DNA of 64,000 nucleotides from a candidate division FCPU426 bacterium (GTDB lineage Bacteria; Oederibacteriota; JAAXVQ01; JAUVAV01): NCBI GenBank assembly GCA_030637655.1, contig DAOWGI010000002.1, positions 3,122 to 67,121 of the forward strand, read 5' to 3'. Shown piece by piece: positions 55,309 to 64,000 of this stretch (position 1 is its first letter; each line of letters starts with the position of its first letter). The notes under the pieces were generated by a model. It saw only the letters and a program-made list of their open reading frames with translations, ran no database searches and was not told where the DNA came from. The position numbers and the translations under genes were made by a program.

Positions 55309-55881
55309 ATGCATAAGGTGAAGGAATTGTGGAATCGTGTGGTATTTCGTGAAGCTGTTGAACCGGATAGTGTTTATGAAAACAGACTGTCAACCACCGA
55401 GGTGAACGACGGATACTTAAATCTGTCCAATATGGATATTCCTCCGCGTTGTTATATTGATAATGAGCTTCTGCATGTGGTCATGATTAATGTAAACGGT
55501 AAAAATGAGGAACCGGTTACGTTTCGTTGTCTGCAACGCCGGGCCACAGGAAAAAAGGGCAAGGTGTTTAAACGCCAGCGTTTTTGGCCGATTGGCTTTG
55601 GGCTGAAGGAGTGGTTCCATAAACAAGGTGTTGAGACCGGGGATTTGATCCTCATGGCCGTGGCTACGAAGTGCAATTACCTGATTTTTCGGGCGATTCG
55701 TCCGAAAACCTTTATTATTCTACATGATCGCAGAAACGATGAACGGCGTGATTTGGAACGCCGTTTTGATGATCGCCGTAATACTATTGTGCATGTTAGT
55801 AATGACCGCCGGGCTAAAGAAAGACGTCGTTTGGATCGTCGGACTCTGGAACGCCGGGAAGAAAGCGATCTGAAAAAGTAA
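55309..55881 (+). CDS. hypothetical protein with a C-terminal (D/E)RR-repeat tail
   Basis: This ORF has AAGGAG upstream. The last ~55 aa read HDRRNDERRDLERRFDDRRNTIVHVSNDRRAKERRRLDRRTLERRE. Confidence 0.5.
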   Translation: MHKVKELWNRVVFREAVEPDSVYENRLSTTEVNDGYLNLSNMDIPPRCYIDNELLHVVMINVNGKNEEPVTFRCLQRRATGKKGKVFKRQRFWPIGFGLKEWFHKQGVETGDLILMAVATKCNYLIFRAIRPKTFIILHDRRNDERRDLERRFDDRRNTIVHVSNDRRAKERRRLDRRTLERREESDLKK

Positions 55882-56070
55882 CCAAGTTTATTTAGTTAAC
55901 CATATTATCGTGTTGACGCGAATAATTATTCGTATGGCCTCTAAAACCGAAATGGAAATTTCATAAAATAGAAACCAGCGATTTTAAAATACGCCTTAAA
56001 TCATGGAATCGGTCCAAATCAAAATCAACCTTTTGGATTATTTTATTTTCGTCATTGCCGGCAACGCGGA

Positions 56071-56100
56071 TGTAGGGGCGTTTAATTAAACGCCCCTACA
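56071..56100. repeat. REP-like palindrome, family 1
   Basis: TGTAGGGGCGTTTAATTAAACGCCCCTACA has a core identical to 26427-26454. Confidence 0.8.
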
Positions 56101-56174
56101 CAAACGATATACTTGCCCCTCTGCTTGTGGTCGCTGGAGTTTATTGTTGTGAGAATATTAAACGAGGTGAGAAC

Positions 56175-56537
56175 ATGTTGTATGCACTGGGAATGATTGT
56201 GATTGGACTGGCGGCGGGAACAGCCAGCGGAGCGTTTGGGATAGGTGGCGCGATATTAATTATTCCTGTTTTGGTATATTTGGTTGGAATGGAACAAAAA
56301 ATAGCTCAGGGAACAACACTTTTACTTATGTTGCCGCCTATAGGCCTGTTGGCCGCTCTGGAATACCTACGCCGCGGTCAGGCGGATTGGCAGGCTGCAG
56401 TATGGATCTGTGTTGGATTTTTGGTTGGCGGATATATTGGCGCTAAGTTAATCGCAGGATTGTCTCCCATCCTGCTGAAACGTACTTTTGGGGTATTACT
56501 GTTTTTGGTGGGATTGAAAATGATATTACGTCCCTGA
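56175..56537 (+). CDS. TauE/SafE-family small membrane transporter
   Basis: I chose the start MLYALGMIVIGLAAGTASGAFGIGGAILIIPVLVYL (GAGGTGA upstream). The GxGGG-type motif and four TM segments are present. Confidence 0.6.
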   Translation: MLYALGMIVIGLAAGTASGAFGIGGAILIIPVLVYLVGMEQKIAQGTTLLLMLPPIGLLAALEYLRRGQADWQAAVWICVGFLVGGYIGAKLIAGLSPILLKRTFGVLLFLVGLKMILRP

Positions 56538-56665
56538 GATTATGAATTGGATATGGAGGTAAATACGCGGGATAATTTTTACGAACTTCGGAATAGGTAT
56601 ACGTAATAAAATAAAATATGTTAGAATAAATAATAAGGTTACGAATGTTGAAGGAGGAAAGTGCA

Positions 56666-57481
56666 ATGGAAAAATATCGGGAGTCGAGAAAAGAAATACT
56701 GCTGGTGCCGGTTGGAAAAGTCTTGGTTGACATTTTAGGCGAAATTGCAGTCGCCTTGCGGAAAACATATAAATTTCATGTCCATATTGGCAGGTCGGAA
56801 GAACCCGGCATGGATGAGTATTCGGATGAACGTCGGCAATACGATGCTAAAAAACTATTGGCTTTACCGACGGCGCGAAAACGCGATAGTCTGGTGGCTG
56901 TGCTGGGTGTGGTTGACGCGGATATGTTTGCCGGGGAAAAAAGTTTTGTTTTTGGTTTGAATAAACCGGAAAAAGGAATCGGTATTATTGCTTTGTCCCG
57001 GCTGCGTGAGGAATTTTATAAAAAACCATCCAATTCGGAATTGTTTTTACGTCGGGCTGTGACAGAAGCCATTTATCAAGTTGGTATGGCAATGCAATTA
57101 TCTCCCTGCGTTATGAAAAAATGCGTCTTGCTGCCCACAACCACATTATGGCGCTTAGACAGTAAAGCGCAGACCTTTTGCGATGCCTGTCAAAACCGAA
57201 TGGAGCAAAAGTTACATCCCACGGCTGAACCAGCGGATAAAAAAAAGGAACCGGAAGATAACCTTGAAGACACTATCAGCGAAGGTCCGGCTGGTGAAGA
57301 AGTTTTAGCAGATCCAACAGAGTTACAAATCGAGGAGAAACGTCCGGAGGACGAATCCGAAATATCCGCCGAACTGGTAGAACCGGAAGGTCCGATTGCC
57401 GCCGAGGCTGCTGCCATACATACTGAAACCGCCGGTCCTGAGGAACCATTGGTCGCAGATGCTCAAGAGAATGAAAAATAG
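56666..57481 (+). CDS. archaemetzincin-like protein lacking the HExxH catalytic residues, with an acidic C-terminal tail
   Basis: AAGGAGG lies 8 nt before ATG 56666. RRAVTEAIYQVGMAMQLSPCVMKKCVLL...FCDAC aligns with the archaemetzincin signature HExxHxxGx3Cx4CxMx17CxxC. The four Cys are kept, but H, E, H and G are replaced by Y, Q, M and Q. Confidence 0.5.
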   Translation: MEKYRESRKEILLVPVGKVLVDILGEIAVALRKTYKFHVHIGRSEEPGMDEYSDERRQYDAKKLLALPTARKRDSLVAVLGVVDADMFAGEKSFVFGLNKPEKGIGIIALSRLREEFYKKPSNSELFLRRAVTEAIYQVGMAMQLSPCVMKKCVLLPTTTLWRLDSKAQTFCDACQNRMEQKLHPTAEPADKKKEPEDNLEDTISEGPAGEEVLADPTELQIEEKRPEDESEISAELVEPEGPIAAEAAAIHTETAGPEEPLVADAQENEK

Positions 57482-57507
57482 GGACCACTTGGTAAGCGTA
57501 TCCCTCT

Positions 57508-58650
57508 ATGATCTCAGAATCCATTCGCAATTTACAAATAATTTCTTCACCCGGTGTCGGAGGACGGGAAATTGATGTTCCGGTTTTAGCGCGAAAACTT
57601 ATAGCGCAAGGACATCCGACTTGGGTGATGTGCCGCCCGAATACGCTGGTGGATCGTCTTTCAGCAGAGTGGGATTTGCCTTGCGAGCCAACCGGAATGC
57701 ACTGGTATTTTGATCCCAAAGATGTTCTGGGGTTAGCCCGTTTTCTAAAAGCAAACAAGATTCAAATAATCCACTCTCATTGGTCGCGGGATCTGTCCAA
57801 TCTCATTTTAGCCGCCGGTTTGGCTGGTCGGATACCGGTGGTCTTAACCAAACACGTGTATTCCACAGAGATAAAACGTGATATTTTCCATGATTGGGTA
57901 TACCGGCACACAGATCGGGTTATTGCCATATCGGATTTAGTGGCGGATAACATCGCAGCTACGGTCTGTGTAGCGCGTGAGCGGGTTGTTACTATTTATA
58001 ACGGTATTGAATTGGCAAACCAATGGAATCCGGAGTTGACACAGCAAGTGGATCTACGTCCGGAATTTGGTGTTCCTCCCGGCAAACCGGTTTTAGGGTA
58101 TGTCGGGCGCTTGAATCGCGGAAAAGGACCGCATATGATTCTGGCTGCCTTTGCTCGTGTGGCCGCGGCTTTCCCGGAGTGGCACTTAGTCTTGGTAGGC
58201 AAAGCGGTAGGGGAGAGCGAAACCAAATACGCGAAAAAACTCAAAACCGAGGTATTCACGCAGGGCTTGGAATCGCGCGTTCATTTTCCGGGATATCGCA
58301 CGGACATGCCCGCTGTGATGCACACCTTTGATCTTTTGGCCAATGCCTCAGAGTTTGAATCTCTAGGTATGGTGATGGTAGAAGCCATGGCCATGGAACG
58401 GCCGGTTATCGGTCCGAACACAGGTGGTGTGCCGGAAATAATAGAGCCGGGAGTTTGTGGGGAGCTTTTTAATTACACTGATCCCCAAGATCTATCTGAC
58501 AAGTTAAAAAAGCTCATGGGAGATACTGCTTTGCGGACAGCCATGGGGAAAAAAGGCCGCGAAATTGTATTGCGTAAATTTAATTTGGATCTTATGGCAG
58601 AGCAAGTAGTAACTGTTTTTCGTGATGTGTTGCAAAAGCAGAAGAGATAG
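57508..58650 (+). CDS. family-4 (GT-B) glycosyltransferase
   Basis: The N-terminus has SSPGVGGREIDVPVLARKLIAQGH. The C-terminal E-x7-E region is SEFESLGMVMVEAMAMERPVIGPNTGGVPEII. Confidence 0.85.
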   Translation: MISESIRNLQIISSPGVGGREIDVPVLARKLIAQGHPTWVMCRPNTLVDRLSAEWDLPCEPTGMHWYFDPKDVLGLARFLKANKIQIIHSHWSRDLSNLILAAGLAGRIPVVLTKHVYSTEIKRDIFHDWVYRHTDRVIAISDLVADNIAATVCVARERVVTIYNGIELANQWNPELTQQVDLRPEFGVPPGKPVLGYVGRLNRGKGPHMILAAFARVAAAFPEWHLVLVGKAVGESETKYAKKLKTEVFTQGLESRVHFPGYRTDMPAVMHTFDLLANASEFESLGMVMVEAMAMERPVIGPNTGGVPEIIEPGVCGELFNYTDPQDLSDKLKKLMGDTALRTAMGKKGREIVLRKFNLDLMAEQVVTVFRDVLQKQKR

Positions 58651-58804
58651 ACACGCGCGCTTTTGCGCATCTTAGCAAGCGCGAAAATCCACACGTTATA
58701 ACGCTTCGAAATGAAACACACCTTTTAAAACAATTGAATTTCTTTTTTATTATAACCCTTGCTTTCTTCATTTTCTGTGCTATATTTAAAATATATGGAT
58801 ATTA

Positions 58805-59018
58805 GTAACTACTCAGGTCTGCAAGGAGCAGGGCGGTTTGGTCTTTTTTCAAGCGTGGCAGCGGTAACTGCGGAAATGTGGTTTAGAAAAGCATATCCCC
58901 CTATTGCCTGTTACCAGCTTAGACCTTGGTTTTCCGCTTTGCAATGCTTGAAAAAAAACCAAAGTGACCTGCCGGGCGTGAAGATTTGAATACTTTTTTT
59001 ACCCACCTGAGTAGTTAC
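58805..59018. ncRNA. candidate structured RNA or leader: ~214-nt rod-like fold
   Basis: A perfect 14-bp closing stem pairs GTAACTACTCAGGT (58805-58818) with ACCTGAGTAGTTAC (59005-59018). An inner ~19-bp helix pairs 58835-58854 (GGTTTGGTCTTTTTTCAAGC) with 58946-58965 (GCTTGAAAAAAAACCAAAGT). Strand and identity are unknown. Confidence 0.3.
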
Positions 59019-59041
59019 GAATATTAGGGAGAAAAATCTCA

Positions 59042-62000
59042 ATGAATAAAATCCCATCTATTGCTGCTTTTCGCCATCCCCGGCTTAGCATTTGGCTGAA
59101 AGCTTGCGCCATTTTGATGACCGTGAGTTTTGTGCTGCCCTACGTGACCTGGGCCTTTGATGCCGGGAATTATGCTATATCCCAACCTCATTTTCTGCGA
59201 ATTGCTCACCTGGGAAAAGCGCTGAACGTTCCGGATAAAATCGGCGTCATTAAACAGGGTTTTCAGGGTAATGGCAAAACCGTGGTCTGTATCCAGGATT
59301 TGCATTGCAATTATGAGGTACAGAAGAATATTGCCAATATTATCCAGCACCTGGTAAAAAAGCACGGCTTGAAGCTAGTGGGCGAGGAAGGGGCATTTCA
59401 TACGGTCGATACCTCGCCAATCAGCGCTTTCCCTATAAAAAAAGTCCGGGAAGAAGTAAGCGATTATTTTGTCAAGCAGGGCAAGATCACAGGCGCGGAG
59501 CATTATGCCGCCATCAGCGGCGGCGTTATTCAACTGGAAGGCATTGAAACTCCCAAACTGTATGCAGCCGGCCAAAAAGCAGTGCGTAGCTTTTTGAATG
59601 CCGAGAGCCAGGGCTATTGCTATGATCTGCGCGATATGCTGGAAGAATTGAAAGCTGATATTTATAATTCCCAACTCTTGAAATTCGATGGCAAGCGCGT
59701 GGCTTATCGCGAAGGCGATATAGACATTCTGAAATACAGCGCATATCTGCATCGTATAGCCCGCAAGCTGCAAGTGGATTTGAGCGTGTATCCCAATTTG
59801 GCCCGCTTTCTCAGTCTGAAGCAGAATATTTTCTCCGCAAAAGTTGACCCGGACCAGCTTTTCCAGGAACTGGACAAACTGGATGCCCAAATCCGGCAAC
59901 AGCTCTATACGGATAAAAAGCAACAGGAGTTGGATGAATTATATACCCGCCTGGATATTGTCGAAAGACTTCTCAATATTTCCGTTTCCCAGGAAGAATT
60001 GCAAGCCTTTCGCACAGAGCGGGAAAAATATACAACCCAGGCATTTATAAATTTCGTAGGGGCGATTCGTGAATCGCCCACCAATGAAGTGGATTATATT
60101 GAAAGTGATATGTATATCCTGGATGAATATTTAAAACAAGTGGAAGAGTTCTATCGCCTGGCAGATGAGCGGAGCATCCACTTTGTGGACAACCTGGTCC
60201 GCAAAATGGACCGCCTGGACGAGAACCTGGCAGTCATGATCAACGGCGGTTTTCATACTGACAAAGTCCTGGCTGAACTCAAGCGCCGGGATATCACCTA
60301 TGTTTCCATCAAGCCACGCGTGACCCAACAGGATGTGGTGAATCCGTATTTTTCCCTGCTTCAGGGTCGTAAAACCCCGTTGGAAAAGCTGCTGGCCAAG
60401 AATCAGACGATAATGGCGATAATGAATGGGTGGGAGAAGGATCCATCATTGACTCAACAAGTTGTATTATCTGTAAAAACATTTCGCGAACTTATGAGAC
60501 ACGGCGAGATAAAGATAATCCTAAAAGATTATCAGAAGAAATCTTTAGCTGCCTATATGGAACAATTTTCCAGCATTAAATTACTTAAAATAGAAGGCGA
60601 AGGCCTTCCGGACGGAGTTTATGCTTATTATTTATCAATTAACGGGAAGAAATCAGATAACGTTTCGCTGGTTATGCGTAAAGGTCTTGTGCCGGAGATA
60701 TGGCTGAACCAGCTTAATTTCGTTAGTTTTCAAAAATATTCGCGATGGATTTTATTGGTTGTTAGGTCCGTGAAAAAGGTTGGTCAAGTGCGGCAGGCGG
60801 TTCGGAAAAGTCCGAAGGCCTGGCCTGAAATGTTTTTCAAGGCGTGTGTGCTAGCAGTACCGGCATGGATAAAAGCAATAAAAAAAGAAGCATTAGCAGG
60901 CGTGGCAGTTGGAATCGCGCTGGCAGTATTTATAGTCAGCGTCAATGTACCGGGCATTGTAATAACAGTACTGTTGAGTTTAACTATACTAACACAAATG
61001 AGAATGGATTTAAGGTATATGCAATTAGCCGGAGTGCCGCGAGTGGCAGGACAATGGATGTCCAAGGTTAGACAAAAAACCAAACTTGCTTTATTGAACG
61101 AAGGGTTGCCGGCGAAAACAGTGCCAGGCACCGAAGCCGAAAAAAAGATACCTCAACATAAAGAGTTGAATACCAAAAATAACGAGACAAGTAAAACCTT
61201 GAAGGATCGCTTCGCGAACTTGCTGCTGCACTCGGATAACATTCCGCGGGGCGCGTCGCTTACTCACGAATTATTCCGTTCATTGTTGGCTATTGATGAA
61301 AATACTGCCCTTGAGGGATGGCTGAAATATTTTGTGCCGGTTTATAGTGGTGTTACAGAAGAGGTGTGTAGGTTTAATTCGGAAATGCCCCAGACGCGCA
61401 TGCCGGAAATACTGATTTTGGTAGGTTTGAAATTAGCTGACCGGGAGCTGGAATACCAAGCGCAATTAGCTCGCTTGATAAGAGGGCAAAAGGTGGACTT
61501 GAAGGCAGTGGGCCCGGTTTTTGATACTAGTATGAATAATTATTATAATATTTTAGGAGTTTCACGCGATGCTTCTAGCCATGAGATTAAAAAAGCTTAT
61601 AGAAAATTGGCTTTAAAATATCATCCGGACCAAACTCGCGGAAATAAAGAGGCTGAGGAGAAGTTTAAGAAAATAGAAGGGGCTTATTCGGTCCTAAGTG
61701 ATCCAGATAAGAGAAAAACGTATAATTTGATGGGCCATGCTGCTTATACAAAAAGGCAGAGGTTTGGCGGCGGTATTATGTTGTGGCTGCGGAGTATTTG
61801 GGTCGGGATAGGCAATTTTTTAGATAGTCTGGGAGTAGAGGCAGCTTGGGTTAAGAAGGTATTTAGCGAAAAGACTTATGACTACGCGGTGGCCTCGATC
61901 GCGGAAAATGCCATTGTCAAGTATGCCGGACCATTACTGGCTCCGGCTCTCATAATTTTGTTTCCCGAAATCACTCAGAATCAGGCAGCCTGGGCGCTTT

Positions 62001-64000
62001 TCCTCGGACTGCATATTCCTCAGATGTTTTGGAAAAAAGGCCGGCAGCTGCGCTATACTCTGCCCACTTTTGCACTAACAGCCATTGGCTTGTATTCTGA
62101 CCTTTCGCCCCTGGGCGATGGTTTGATTGTGCATTTAGCCGTGAATTTGGTTCTATACGGGATCGCACCGTGGATTATGAGCCGTATGGGCAGGGCTAAA
62201 CTAAAGGAAAAAGCACAGAAATTAATTAAGCAGTTAGCTGGAATGTTGAAAAAGGAGCCAGGTGCCGAAAAAAAATCTAAAACAATGCAATATTCGCCGC
62301 TCTCTATAGCAGAAAGCGCTTTAGAGGAAACTCATCCAGGATTTGCTGAAAATCATCCTGACCTATACTATGAAATCACTACGGAAATAGTGCCTAAATA
62401 TGAATCATTACTATTTATTTGGGGCAAGAGGGAGGTGGCATTTAAGAAATTAAGAACAGAAGTAAATGAGCTTCTTGAGAAAGAAGGGCTGCAAGAAATA
62501 GAATTGAAGATGGAAGAAGTATATATACTTCCTTATGAAAAGCTGACCAAACATTTTATAGTAGGGAGTTTGTCGGTTTTCCTAATGTTTCAATATCCCG
62601 GGATAGCGTATCTTATAGCGGCAACAATACCGTCGTTGATTTATACACTGGTTCGAACCAATATTTATCAATTAATGTACAAAGGGAGAGAAAAAGAAAA
62701 ACGGTTATGGTGGGTCGGCTTTGTTTTGGCAGTTACGATGAATTTCAGGATGCTGATTTTGCCTATGTTGATTTATGTGATATCAGTAATATTTAAAATA
62801 ACAGGGATATTATTTGGGATTTGGATTTTTACTCTCGCTTGTTACGGAGTGTGGTACGGCATAAAACTAACACAGGAGGATGATAAAGCGCGACGATTAA
62901 CTATCCGAATTATTGCCTGGTATAATAAAAAAGTTCTGGAGTGGAGAAAAAAGGGGAAGGGCTTAAGAGCCAGGAGTAAGGGGCTCTCAACAGCAGACAA
63001 AAAAGCGGAGCAAAGCTTTGATGAAGCATTAAAAGCAGCGGAGATAAAAATAAATAAATATTTAACAATTCTGAATATACCTGATATCCCTTTGGATGAA
63101 ATTAATTATGATGTGATCGTGGAATATGCCGAGAAAAAAACCTATGGATATGGGTCATTTAAAGAAACAGATGAACAGCATAAAGCATGTTCGGTATTAC
63201 GGGAACTATATGAAATAATGGGCAAGATGATTCTGAGGCAATTATATGAAGATGTCAAAATAGTCAATGAAAAAATGATTTCTGCTCAGAAAATTATACA
63301 ACTGCGTGATCTGTTGAAAAAAATTGATGAAAGTACTGATAAAAGTGTTTGGGAGTCGACCTTAAACGGGATTGTTGAGAAAAGCAAAGAGTTCCAATTG
63401 AGTTTTAATATAAATATTGTACAACCAACGTCAGCCGGTTATCCTTCAGAAAAAGAATATCGCGAAAATGTGTCGGAGATGATTGAACTTGTTCGGAAGT
63501 TCACTGAGTTGGAAAAACAAATATCTCCGGCAGCTGCGGGCGAGTTTCGCGCAAGTGAAAGCAAACATGATGGCATTCTGGCGGTAGAACCGCCTATCGG
63601 AAAGATGATTTCAATAATTGAGCTAGAGTATCTTGTGCGTAAGGAGAAGTATGAGGATTCAAAATCCAGTCATAATGTCGAAAAGCTAATTGAGGATGTG
63701 AAAATAAATACCCCGGGCACACTGATAGAAGAATTTCTTCGCGTATTTTTAGTGCTAAAAGAGAATTATGAAATAAAGCGAAAAGATATACAGTCAGGCA
63801 TTACTACACCCCTTGGCGGGAAATCCAGTCTGCTAAAGAAATGGACGCTTATGCTGTTTCCGGATTGGGCAGGGCGTAAGTATACCAAGCTTCGTCTGGT
63901 TTTCATTGAAACCGGCTGGGTGCTGTTTTTGGGCGGGGTAGTGATGACCGGGCTGTGGGTTTTGAGCATGCTGGGAATGCCAATGCTCGCGGATTGGTTT
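59042..64000 (+). CDS. 5' part (1653 codons, no stop inside the window) of a giant polytopic membrane protein with an internal DnaJ-type J-domain
   Basis: I translated it by hand codon by codon from ATG 59042 (GGGAGAAAAA upstream) to 64000 and found no stop. It is missing from the ORF track, presumably because it has no stop in the window. The J-domain is [31 protein letters not shown]...[21 protein letters not shown] at about 61541-61723. At least 8 hydrophobic TM-like segments are present. Confidence 0.8.
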   Translation, partial: MNKIPSIAAFRHPRLSIWLKACAILMTVSFVLPYVTWAFDAGNYAISQPHFLRIAHLGKALNVPDKIGVIKQGFQGNGKTVVCIQDLHCNYEVQKNIANIIQHLVKKHGLKLVGEEGAFHTVDTSPISAFPIKKVREEVSDYFVKQGKITGAEHYAAISGGVIQLEGIETPKLYAAGQKAVRSFLNAESQGYCYDLRDMLEELKADIYNSQLLKFDGKRVAYREGDIDILKYSAYLHRIARKLQVDLSVYPNLARFLSLKQNIFSAKVDPDQLFQELDKLDAQIRQQLYTDKKQQELDELYTRLDIVERLLNISVSQEELQAFRTEREKYTTQAFINFVGAIRESPTNEVDYIESDMYILDEYLKQVEEFYRLADERSIHFVDNLVRKMDRLDENLAVMINGGFHTDKVLAELKRRDITYVSIKPRVTQQDVVNPYFSLLQGRKTPLEKLLAKNQTIMAIMNGWEKDPSLTQQVVLSVKTFRELMRHGEIKIILKDYQKKSLAAYMEQFSSIKLLKIEGEGLPDGVYAYYLSINGKKSDNVSLVMRKGLVPEIWLNQLNFVSFQKYSRWILLVVRSVKKVGQVRQAVRKSPKAWPEMFFKACVLAVPAWIKAIKKEALAGVAVGIALAVFIVSVNVPGIVITVLLSLTILTQMRMDLRYMQLAGVPRVAGQWMSKVRQKTKLALLNEGLPAKTVPGTEAEKKIPQHKELNTKNNETSKTLKDRFANLLLHSDNIPRGASLTHELFRSLLAIDENTALEGWLKYFVPVYSGVTEEVCRFNSEMPQTRMPEILILVGLKLADRELEYQAQLARLIRGQKVDLKAVGPVFDTSMNNYYNILGVSRDASSHEIKKAYRKLALKYHPDQTRGNKEAEEKFKKIEGAYSVLSDPDKRKTYNLMGHAAYTKRQRFGGGIMLWLRSIWVGIGNFLDSLGVEAAWVKKVFSEKTYDYAVASIAENAIVKYAGPLLAPALIILFPEITQNQAAWALFLGLHIPQMFWKKGRQLRYTLPTFALTAIGLYSDLSPLGDGLIVHLAVNLVLYGIAPWIMSRMGRAKLKEKAQKLIKQLAGMLKKEPGAEKKSKTMQYSPLSIAESALEETHPGFAENHPDLYYEITTEIVPKYESLLFIWGKREVAFKKLRTEVNELLEKEGLQEIELKMEEVYILPYEKLTKHFIVGSLSVFLMFQYPGIAYLIAATIPSLIYTLVRTNIYQLMYKGREKEKRLWWVGFVLAVTMNFRMLILPMLIYVISVIFKITGILFGIWIFTLACYGVWYGIKLTQEDDKARRLTIRIIAWYNKKVLEWRKKGKGLRARSKGLSTADKKAEQSFDEALKAAEIKINKYLTILNIPDIPLDEINYDVIVEYAEKKTYGYGSFKETDEQHKACSVLRELYEIMGKMILRQLYEDVKIVNEKMISAQKIIQLRDLLKKIDESTDKSVWESTLNGIVEKSKEFQLSFNINIVQPTSAGYPSEKEYRENVSEMIELVRKFTELEKQISPAAAGEFRASESKHDGILAVEPPIGKMISIIELEYLVRKEKYEDSKSSHNVEKLIEDVKINTPGTLIEEFLRVFLVLKENYEIKRKDIQSGITTPLGGKSSLLKKWTLMLFPDWAGRKYTKLRLVFIETGWVLFLGGVVMTGLWVLSMLGMPMLADWF

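Noticed and set aside
58759-58989. A 76-aa plus-strand ORF upstream of the giant gene.
   Set aside because: It has a non-ATG start, no RBS and no motif. It coincides with the long-range base-paired region, which explains the sequence better.
1-64000. Looked for rRNA, tRNA, tmRNA and CRISPR repeat-spacer arrays in all intergenic regions.
   Set aside because: I saw no cloverleaf-compatible ~75-nt segments and no regularly spaced 25-40-nt direct repeats. A tRNAscan/Infernal run would be needed to be certain.

Overview
This 64-kb window comes from a diderm (Gram-negative-type) bacterium whose lineage I cannot name. It encodes a TonB-dependent receptor, a beta-barrel OMP-like protein, a sigma-54/NtrC regulator and an MCP, and GC is roughly 45-50% by eye. 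Ordinary content: a DEAD-box helicase, an alpha-glucan phosphorylase and a TrmJ-like methylase. There is also a minus-strand operon behind a sigma-54-type promoter (secreted protein, OMP-like protein, histidine kinase, NtrC-type regulator, coiled-coil protein), an ldtD/mepK-like cell-wall pair, and a cobalamin-riboswitch-controlled btuB-btuF-btuD-btuC-like uptake operon. The btuC/cobO junction appears to have been split by about 21.9 kb of inserted DNA (22561-44461). Degenerate copies of the btuC 3' end (two) and of the cobO 5' end (one) are still visible. The inserted tract carries a small HigBA-like TA plus SIR2-like islet, then selU, then a 17.7-kb five-gene operon (26635-44336). That operon encodes a dual-HKD phospholipase-D-family protein followed by four very large proteins (1183, 1086, ~2330, 633 aa) in which I can assign no motif. 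It is my top candidate for an undescribed system. Downstream lie cobO, a macro-domain protein, a GNAT, a GATase, a ClC channel, an MCP, an archaemetzincin-like protein lacking its catalytic residues, and a GT4 glycosyltransferase. The last ORF is absent from the supplied track because it runs off the window (59042 to >64000). It is over 1653 aa and looks like a polytopic membrane protein with an internal J-domain. Intergenic DNA is full of three families of GTAG-tipped REP-like palindromes and two MITE-like families. I saw no rRNA, tRNA, CRISPR array, integrase or transposase gene. All family calls rest on motif recognition by eye; no searches or computations were run.
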